A DNA stretch of 49,721 nucleotides, counting the filler, from Jimgerdemannia flammicorona (Eukaryota), in NCBI GenBank assembly GCA_003990765.1. It is 2 parts of 2 records of this genome, joined end to end, with 100 filler letters (N's around TTAATTAATTAA, not from the genome) between each part and the next. Parts side by side here need not be neighbours in the genome. Positions count along the whole stretch, not along the records: positions 24,920 to 49,721 come from RBNJ01000923.1; 1 more part is not named here. The stretch is one strand, 5' to 3'. The translations under genes were made by a program, and so were the position numbers. Positions 40,217 to 49,721 of this stretch are shown here, piece by piece. Positions within the stretch are counted from its first letter, which is position 1. The number at the start of each line of letters is the position of its first letter. Under the pieces are notes generated by a model that did not search any database, was not told the DNA's origin, and saw nothing but the letters and a program-made list of their open reading frames with translations.

Positions 40217-42229
40217 TTTACAATCCAATTCCGCTTCAAGACACTTCCTCACCTCACTACAAACCCTTCTGAGAATTCCTACAAGTTGGTATAAAGCCCA
40301 ACCTCTGAACTGGAATTTATCCTGAACCATCTGACAATCTAGAGAGAATTGAACCTGACGTACAAGGACAATTTGACCTCCACACCTGCAACAAGTGGGA
40401 CAAACTTCATTCAAAGAAAGAAATACTCCAGTTAAATCAGCAAATAGGCGAAACCCTATTCACTGAACTCCTTGCACTACACCCAGCAAGTCAAGACAAA
40501 GAAGGTCTTATTGAAGCCTTCTTTACTCTTCTCAATAAGAGTTTTGTCAGCTCCACAAATCCGAGCAACCTAGGACAACCAGCAGCAGTCTTTCTAGCCT
40601 TAGTTTCTCATGAAGCCCAAGCCTCTGTAGCCAAGTGGCTCAACTCTACCGACTTTCACTGCACCAGGACCAAGACTGCCTTATACTACCGATTCCAGAA
40701 CAGCAAGGCCCGCCATATCCTTAAAGAAGAAGCAAGAGAAACCCTTCATCAACTACCTGACCCTGAACCTGAAGCAGGCCCTGCTACAGCCCTACCTGAA
40801 TCTGAAACCAACACTGAACCTGAACTTGACTTTGAATTAAGTCCATCTGAAATCAGATATACAACTGATTCTGTCTACTTTGACACCGAGCAAACCCAAT
40901 TACACGGGGACCAAACCAAAGAAGAGGAGGAGTATCTTACCAAATTCAATCCCGGATACACTACTGAAGGAGACACACGTCCATCAGGACAGAATACACC
41001 TATATAGCAACAAACAGCTATCTATCAAGCCCTCACTCCAGACCCACAACTACTACTCCAGCAGCTTACATAGACCCAAAGAACTCCATTACACTCTGCA
41101 CCAGTACCTCAAGTAGTACCAGTAACACTACTACTAGCAGTCCAACTGCCTCCAGCAATCAACATGGTGAACCAACAGATTCTTGATCTCACAGCCCAAG
41201 TAGCTATAATGGCAGCAACTATCACTGCCTTAGCTAAACAGACCCGACCTACCAAAAATCTAAGCCTACCTACCTTCAATGGCACTGCACAAGAAGTCCA
41301 AAGCTTTATTAGTGTAGTTGACACCAACTTCAAAGCCAATCAATGGACTAATGAGCAAGTTGCTGACCATATTCTGACAAACAATCAAGACCACACCCTG
41401 GAACAACTCTTTGCTACCACTACAGCCTATGTCTGCCGAGTTGTCACATTCTTCCGAGGACCTGCCGAAGAATGGTGGTGAACCCTTCCTGAAAAACCCC
41501 TCACATGGGATACCTGACCTATAGTAGTTGCTCAGAATGCAGCAAACAATGCCCCAGGATACAGAGCCCATCCTGCAGCCCCTGGACTCAAACAACTCAT
41601 GATTGCTCAATATCGCAGCAAAATAATAATTGCCGAATCTCGAGTAAAACTCCACAACCTCAAATTTGATATACATGGCAAGGAAGAATTCGAAACCTTC
41701 TGTACAAAACTCAAGTCACTCCTGAACACTGTTGGCCTAGGATACATTGCCAATGATGAAGCACGAAATGGTACAAGAGCAGACCACTTATTTGATGCCC
41801 TGCCTGAATGGCTTACTAGAAAAATCTGAGAACAAGGCCGCCCAGTTAGTTGTAATCACCAACAATGGTGCCTGGTAAGAATCAAGACCATGGTTAAGCG
41901 AATCCTAACAGCTGGACCAATTCTGCTCTGAAGACAATTTAAACAAGGAAAGGACTTGGACCAAGAAAGAAGAACCCAAGCATGAAGCATTCCAAGCTCC
42001 CTCCACATCCACCTCTTGGACACCCAGAAATCATGAACCCACCCAGCCAAGTACCTTCAAGAAACTTACTGAAGGCGAAAGAAATGAACTTTGAAGAAGC
42101 AGAGCATGCTTCTATTGCCGAAAGACAGGATACATGGCCAGTGCCTGCCCTAACCGGAAACCCTGAACAGCAACCCAAGCAACTGTCACCACTCTGCACC
42201 ACCTCAACAACCTGACCACCAGAACACTA

Positions 42230-42635
42230 GACTTTGTCAAGTTAAGACAAACTGCTAAGGCCCCAACCAAAGAAAGTCAAAAAGCAGCTGGATATGACCT
42301 GTATACAGCCAAAGAAGCTACAGTTTCTAACCGAGAAGTCAAACAAGTCTATATAGGAATCAGTATCCAAATCCCTGAAGGACATGTTGGAAGAATATGC
42401 TGTCACAGCAGCCTAGCACTGAAAGGACTCTCAGTAGAAGGAGGAGTCATTGACAAAGATTATACAAGTGAAATCATTGTCCTCATTCGAAACCACAGTT
42501 GGACACCCTTCAAGATCCCTATTGGTTTCTGCATTGCCCAGATCCTATTCGAAAAAATCGAGTCAACCCTGACAGTCAAGGAAGTCCCTGAACTACTGCC
42601 CACCATCCAAGGATCCAAAGGATTTGGCTCATCAA
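42230..42635 (+). pseudogene. dut: dUTPase domain, family D (between CCHC knuckle and protease)
   Basis: AAGYDL, SSLALKG, GGVIDKDYTSEI, IAQI, GSKGFGSS; in frame with gag and protease. Confidence 0.93.
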
Positions 42636-45600
42636 ACAAGGCCCCAGCCCAACCTATCATGAGCAAAGAAGAACAATTCTACAAGAAGATAGAAGATGGA
42701 TATGTACCAAGTGGCCAATGCCCTCATAGTATTGGAATGTACTCTTCCCGAATGATTGATAATTGCTTCTCTTGTGTCAACGAACTGGCTCAAAGAAGAA
42801 CCAACAGAAGAAAGACTCCTACAACTGAAATCACCAGCATTGGATCAGACAAACTGCTCACCCTTAAGGCTTTTGTCAATGGAGCACCTGTCAAGATTAT
42901 GATAGACAGTGGTGCCTCAGGCAACTTCATCAATGAAGAGACAGCCAACAGACTCAAGGTCTTCACCTCTCCAGTACAGCAAACTCAAGCAGTTGTCACA
43001 GCTGATGGAACCTCACATGTCATCAGCAAAGAAGTCCGCAATCTACTCTTCCGAATTGGTGACTACCAAGTACATATTACCCTCCAGATCGTACCACTCC
43101 CTGACAATGAAATCATCCTTGGGACTCCATGGTTAAAGCAAGAGAACCCCATGATTGATTGGGTAAACCATTCTCTGACCATCAAGAAAGGATGCCATAA
43201 CTTCAAACTACAAGGCAAAAAGGACTCACTCAACTCTGGTAACTCTGGACCAAAGATCACCCACATCAACAAGCTACAACTCAAGAAATTGGCCAAGAAA
43301 TACCCTCTCTTTGCCATCTCCATCCGACCATCCAAAGAAGAACCCGAGAACTCTGAAGAAGATTTTTCCAAAGTTGACAGCCATGTCAGACCACTACTCC
43401 AGAAATTCCAAGACATATTTCCAAAAAAGCTCCCGAAAGGCCTACCTCCCAAACAAGCAGTAGACCATGCAATCAAGACTATCCCAGATGCCAAACCAGC
43501 CTTCAAGTCAATCTACCACATGTCTCTGAGAGAAATCGATGTACTCAAGAAAGAAATCGACGAACTCCTAGAATAAGGATTCATCAGACCCAGTGTATCA
43601 CCCTATGGTGCACCCATCCTCTTTGTTGTTAAGAAAGGAGGAGACCTGCGAATGTGCATTGACTACTGAGATCTCAATGAACAGACCATCAAGAACTGTT
43701 GCCCACTATCGAGGATTGATGAAATATTCGATAGGCTCACCAACCCACAATTTATGAGCTCTTTTGACCTGTGAAATGGTTACTGGCAAATTGCCATGAA
43801 AGAAGAAGACATTTACAAGACAGCTTTCCAAACTCGCTATGGACACTTTGAGTTCCTGGTTATGCCCTTTGGCTTAACTAATGCTCCAGCAACCTTCCAG
43901 ACATTGATGAATATCATTCTGCATCCATACCTGGATAAATTTGTTGTTGTCTATATTGACGACATCCTAGTCTTCAGCAAAACCCTGGAGGAACATCTTG
44001 AACACCTTGAACTAGTACTACTGAAACTCCGAAAAAACCGACTCTTTGCAAAACTCAGCAAGTGCGAATTTCTTCTGAAAGAAATTCAATTCCTTGGACA
44101 CATTGTCACTCCAAATAGAATCAAAGTAGACCCTAGTAAAATCTCTGCAATCAAAGATTGGCCTAGACCAAAGAAGCTGAAAGACCTCCAGTCATTCCTA
44201 GGATTAGCAAACTATTACAGGCGATTTGTTGCCAACTTTGCTAAAATCGCTACCGCCCTCACCCAAATGACCAAGCACAGCAAGAAACAAGAACAACCTT
44301 GGACCATGAAACAAGAGAAAGACTTCAACAATCTTGTAAATTGGGGAAACGAACAAGATACTACCTTTCAAGTACTGAAAGATGCCCTGATAACCACTCC
44401 AGTACTTCAAGCGGCAAACCCTGCCCTACCATATGAAGTCACCACTGATGTCTCTGATCTAGCTCTTGGAGCAGTGCTCATGCAAGAAGAACACCCTGTG
44501 GCCTATCACTCCCATAAGTTCAATGATGCCAAAATCAACTATGCAACTCATGAGAAGGAAATGCTAGCCATCGTAGATACTCTGATCAAATGGCGACCAT
44601 ATCTAGAAGAAGTATACTTCACTGTATTGACCGACCACAAGTCATTAGTCAACATCAAGGCACAGGCTACCCTTTCCTGAAAGCAAGCTAGATAGATAAA
44701 AGTCCTCACCAACTTTGACTACGAAATCCAATACTGCCCTGGCAAGGAAAATATTGTTGCTGATGCAATCTCCAGACCACCAATCGAAGAGGTTATCCAA
44801 ACTCTGACCTTGGTTACCAACACTATCATGGAACAAATCATTGCAGCATGTGTTGATAATAAAGAAGCTCAAGCACTCCAAGAAATCCTGAACAATGGTG
44901 ATACTGACAAGCATACCCGGTACAATCAATACCAACTTAAGGACAATGCTATCTACTACAAGGACAGATTGTATGTTCCAAACAACTGAGACCTCTGAAG
45001 GACCATCCTATTCGAATGTCATGATGCCCCTACAGCTGGATATTTAGGATTTGATAAATGTTATAAAGTTATCTCTCAAAACTTCTATTGGCCCCGCATA
45101 GCAGATCAGCTCAAAACCTACATCACTTTCTGTAATGCCTGCCAACGAAACAAGTCCTCAACACTAGCAAAACCTGGCTTACTTCACCCTATCCCAGTAC
45201 CATCCGCAAATTGGGAACAAATCTCTATGGACTTCATTATACAACTACCCCAAACCAAGAATGGAAAAGATACAATTGTTGTCTTTGTGGACTATCTCAG
45301 CAAACAAGCCCACTTTGTACCTACTACCACTACTGCAACAGCACCAGATATAGCCACACTCTTGTTTGACAATATCTTTCGCTATCATGGTCTTCCTAAG
45401 ATCATTATTAGTGACCAAGATCTGAAGTTCACCAGCCATTTTTGGAAAGCCCTCTATGCACACCTTGGAACGAAACTTGCACTATCCACAGCCTTTCACC
45501 CTGAAACTGATGGCCAAACCGAAAGAATGAACTGAACTCTGGAACAAATGCTAAGGAACTATGTCTCCTACAGACAAGATGATTGGCATGAACATCTCAC

Positions 45601-46124
45601 CACAGTTGAGTTTGCCTACAACAATAGCAAGCAAGCCTCTCTTAGAATGACCCCATTCTTCGCCAACACTGGACAAAATCCAAACACCCCATTGACACTT
45701 ATCTGAACCACTGAAGAACTCTCCACAGTCGAAGCTATTGAAGAATTCTTACTCCAAATGTGCAATTTAAGCCAGATTGCTATTGAGAATTTATCGTGAG
45801 CTCAGGAACAACAATCACAGTATGTTAACCAACATCACCGAGAAGAAACTTTTGATATTGGAGAAAAAGTCCTACTAGACATCAGAGGATACCGAGTTGA
45901 CAACCTCAAGCACAGACTATCTACTAAGCTGAACAGCAAGTTCATTGGACCATTTGAAGTCATTGCACAAGTCTCTCCAATCTCCTACAAACTGGCACTA
46001 CCAGACACCATTAAGATTCACCCAGTCTTTAATGTTCAATGTCTCAAGCAATACAATGAGAATGATGATGAGCTATTTCCAAACCGGACCACCAAACCAC
46101 CTGCACCTATCATTATTAATAACC

Positions 46125-46294
46125 AAGAAGAGTATGAAGTTGAACAAATCCTCAACAAATGTGGCAACAAGAACCATCCTGAGTACCTTGTCAAATGGAA
46201 AGGTTACCTGATCCATAATGCAACCTGGGAACCCAAGACCAATCTCCAGAATGCTACCGACCTAGTTCAGAAATATGATTCCTTGAACAACTAG
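46125..46294 (+). other. Chromodomain at the integrase C-terminus
   Basis: EEYEVEQILNK...EYLVKWKGY..NATWEPKTNL. Confidence 0.92.
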
Positions 46295-46719
46295 AGCCAA
46301 ATACTCTGCACCTATCCATACATACTATATATTACCCTTCTGAACATTATAACTATCACAAACCAAGTCAAGAACTCAGCAAAATAAGATAAGAATACCG
46401 AATCTCTGGAAAAATAGCAAAACTGAAAGCAAGCCTATTCTCTCTGTACCACTGGTGGGAAATAAGACATAGACATTTAAGAAGATTCCTTAGAGGAAAT
46501 TCTCCAGCAGTGAATGACGTCAGAATCACTTCTGATGCATAGCATTGAACACATGACCCTTTAACATGTGAATCCAATGCATTAGGCAACTGTACCACGA
46601 GCATACCACTTTCTGAGAAAATGGACCTTACCAGACTTTTGACCTCCCAAATGGTATAACAACACTAGAACAAATTAGAAGGCCCCGATGAGGATGTTGA
46701 AAGCTAAGAAGGGGAGAGT

Positions 46720-48791
46720 TGTAAGCACACAACCTCCAAGCCACCGAAATTACATGTTACCCTCTGAACAAGCCACTGAAATCACATGTGACCTCTGAAC
46801 AAATCTGGAAATCACCTGCTTGATTATAAAGCTGAGTCAAACCGAAGTCACAGCACACAAAGCTGAGTCAATACGAAGTCATAGAACACAAGATTTACAT
46901 AAATGGAATCTTACCAATCAGGACCAAATGCATATATACCGAGCACTGAGATGCATCGAATCAGAGAACCAAAACAAATAATAACTACAACTTCCAAACA
47001 CACAAATATGACTACTGAGATCTACAACCATATCCACGTGGACATTTGGAATGCCATTGTCAACCGAGCCACATCTCCTCTGCCCCTCATGAATATCCAT
47101 AGCCTGGTACCCCTCTACTTCGTGGAAGCCCGATGGAATGCCCTGAACATGCTTAGCGAGGCCCACCGAATCAGACAAATCTCAAGCTACTATCAGATTG
47201 GCCGCCTCCTGGAAGACATGGTCGAACACCACCATAATACAGACATTACCCAGATGTCTCAACACCAGAAGCTCATCGCCTGCAAACATCGAGAACTCTT
47301 CTATGAGTACAGTACCTTTATTCCCTGCCTCCGAGTCACTACCAGCGAAATGGTTGCTACCCTGTCCTACGGCCAAATCAATGATATGATACAAGAACTC
47401 AACCACAAGTACCTCAAATACATCCAGACTACAGACAGAACCTTCCCACACCCTGATGACCATATCCTGCAAATGCCTCAAGTCAGATATGCCATGAAGG
47501 ACATCTACAATATAATCCACTTTGATGAAAATGAAGCAGAAGACAATGATCCCTCTGACACCAACATGACCTCTAGCCAAGGATCTCTGCCAACCCTGAT
47601 CACACCGCCAAACTTGCTAATAAACTTGCAACAATTCATAACTGCATACGAGACTTATTGGGACAATGACTACTGGTATGAATACAAACCCGCGTTCACC
47701 TCTGATTACTTCAACTACAATGAAGAGACCGAAGAACACAACCTGTACCTCCAGACAACCCTCGAGATTGAACCAACCACTCCACCACCTGAGTACGAGT
47801 GATATGAACCACAGCCGCCAGCTTACTACAATCCTGTAACTCATAGTGCTGTAACCTATAGAAGGTATGCAGATAGTGAATCTGATGAAAGCGAAGACAA
47901 TACACCCATCCTTCGCCCACCAACACCTTATCCAGCCTACAAGACAGACAATGCTATCCTGTGGGATAGAGACGAAGTTCCAATGTACTATTACCTCAGT
48001 GAACAAGGAGAAGTAATCTGCGAACTATTATTCCTAGACGACTACTTTATCAGAGATGATGCAATCAATGGTGATGTCATCGAGGACTACCCAGACAGCG
48101 CCTAAACCCATAAATAGCCTAGCAGTCATAGTATAGTTAGATTAGCCTTGTACAATGTGACTGTGAACTGACTCAGCAGTCAGACGATCTCTTGACATGT
48201 CAGATCACACTTGTACTACGTGACTGCATTCCGACTCAGCAAAGCATTTAGTGCTACATCCATATCTAGCATAGTCCAGATAGTCCCTCACTAGTATAAA
48301 TACCCCCTCCCCCAGACCTCAGAATCTCAGACTGGAACAGACTCGAACACACAAGAACATTCCTGAATACTTCCCCACAATACCCCTTCACACAACTACT
48401 CCTAGTATAGCAATATCATAAATAGCAAATAAACCTATTTGATAACCTACAAACCACTCTTAAGTAAACCCACTCCCTGTTAGGTCCCACTCCTAACCCT
48501 ATCACGAAATTTCCTAATTGGGTATTGTCTGTAGTGATACACCAATTCAACTAAGCTGGTCTTAGTTTCTTGAACTTCCTGAAATATGGAAAATCCTGAA
48601 CATCCAGAACTAGTCCAAAAAGAGACTTTGGTTGAGACATCAACCTGATCTTGAAATCAATAAGCGTAGAGGACGTACTCTATACAAAATTGATCGTGAC
48701 CATAAAAAAATAGTCTTCCAGAATATCCAGAACATCCAGAAAACCCTTCCAGAACTACGTAATGGTTATCCTAAAAAGTAACCCTCTTACA
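46720..48791 (+). repeat. 3' LTR of family D (2072 bp)
   Basis: Preceded by PPT AAGAAGGGGAGAG (46706-46718); TATAAA 48295-48300, AATAAA 48428-48433. Confidence 0.96.
46903..48105 (+). CDS. LTR(U3)-encoded accessory ORF of family D; 299 aa to TGA at 47802, then 100 more open codons
   Basis: Lies inside the LTR, upstream of the TATA box; a stop-interrupted duplicate is at ~38310-39515. ATG 46951 is shared by both LTRs and is the likelier start. Confidence 0.8.
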
Positions 48792-49721
48792 CAGCCAGTG
48801 ATGGGAAAAGAAGATTGGATCAGAGAGTATTAGCTCTTTCACACTCAGATTACTATTGTGAAATAAGTATATAAGTTATTTAAGGAGAATGAACCAGCCC
48901 TAGCTCACTTTTGAGAAGTAGTTTCAGGAGACTTTGCATAAGTCAGAAGATATTATTGGGAGAATATGATGATATAGATTGCATAGTATAAGAAGATACA
49001 GCTTATAGAGGCTTAAAAGTTTGAGTGAATAGGATATTTCAGAGATGAATCACTTATTCAGAAGAAAGTTGTCATGAATCAGAGGAATAGACATTTGATT
49101 ATAGCACAAATGTAGAAACTTTACATTCTACAGATGTAGAATCTTAATGATCATAGAGATTTCACAGATATAGAAAATCTATACTTATAGAAAATAACTC
49201 ACAGAAAACATAATCATAACTTAACTACCTTATAGCTAGCAAACTTGTATAAATATCTCCAATATCTAGAGTGAATAAACCTTAGATTGAAATAGTTTAA
49301 AGCAAAGAGAAAGCAAGAGAACTAGTAAGCCTGTGGGCAGATACACTTTGAACTCATCCACTCCTGTATCCTGAGAACTCTGTGGAGTTAAAGAAGATCA
49401 AGTTTTCAAGATACAGAAATCCAATGCACTTACACAGTATGCAGTGTATAAATAAAAAAAGGAAATTGTAACTTTGTATAAAAGAACTATAAAACATAGT
49501 TACAACGGAATTTTGCAAATATCTTTTCTTGTTTCTATATCAATCGTGGCGCAGCGTAGCAGTGTTGTCAACTCGATGCTGTCAAATTGTGTGATAGAAG
49601 CCATAAGCTAGCGGCCTGCGGACCTAACTATTGAACACATATTCGATGCATTGCGTATGTGCAAATTTCGAGATGCATGGCCGATCAAGGGAGTGAATTG
49701 CAGAGCGTCCAACGCAACACA

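Larger units (their letters stand above)
40240..46294 (+). pseudogene. gag-pol: gag-dUTPase-CPH module-protease-RT-RNase H-integrase-chromodomain polyprotein (stop-interrupted)
   Basis: LPTFNG, CFYCRKTGYMASAC, AAGYDL...[61 protein letters not shown]...YLVKWKGY...TWEP. Confidence 0.95.
38132..48791 (+). mobile_element. Full-length chromodomain-bearing Ty3/Gypsy element, family D (10.66 kb)
   Basis: LTRs 38132-40201 and 46720-48791 (TGTAAG...CTTACA), TSD CAGCC at 38127-38131 and 48792-48796, PBS, PPT, all pol domains. Confidence 0.97.
37902..49069 (+). pseudogene. Accessory ORF3 of family C, in two pieces (37902-38131 and 48797-~49060) split by family D
   Basis: Removing the insertion and one CAGCC gives a continuous frame ...ELQEYFKLG*LLNSQPVMGKEDWIREY...IVK*VYKLFKENEPALAHF. 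Confidence 0.7.
32318..49443 (+). mobile_element. Ty3/Gypsy family C, copy 2, split by the family D insertion
   Basis: 5' LTR 32318-32792; gag knuckle ICYTCGED ~33675; protease IIDT ~34264; dUTPase ~34850-35245; RT YYSTLDL; integrase to EGPY ~37800; 3' LTR 49070-~49443 (truncated). Confidence 0.88.

Noticed and set aside
46903..46905. ATG given by the ORF track as the start of the LTR ORF
   Set aside because: The 5' LTR has ACA here, pointing to an ancestral ACG that decayed; ATG 46951 is shared by both copies.

Overview
This is a eukaryotic, probably fungal, cluster of nested and mostly decayed retroelements; I recognise no host gene. It holds six pieces of Ty3/Gypsy LTR retrotransposons from four families. 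Family A has a 5' half at 1-6082 (-) and a 3' half at 15736-21277 (+). Family B is a truncated copy at 21278-24255 (+). Family C has two head-to-head copies, 26104-31664 (-) and 32318-~49443 (+). Family D is a complete chromodomain element at 38132-48791 (+), with 2.07-kb LTRs and a CAGCC target duplication, nested in the second C copy. Also present are a degenerate Penelope-like element with direct and inverted pseudo-LTRs (8242-13102), two copies of a non-coding poly(A) retroposon with the same 5' end, CpG-rich islands and an artificial 100-bp scaffold gap. The main signal is a shared set of accessory modules across unrelated Gypsy families. All four carry a dUTPase, in two different positions. 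Three carry a small CPH...CxxC module near it. Three carry a homologous 3' accessory ORF of unknown function, which in family D sits inside the U3 of the LTR. Family A LTRs also carry an array of motifs complementary to their own tRNA-Pro primer-binding site. All alignments were done by eye; boundaries of the degenerate domains are approximate.
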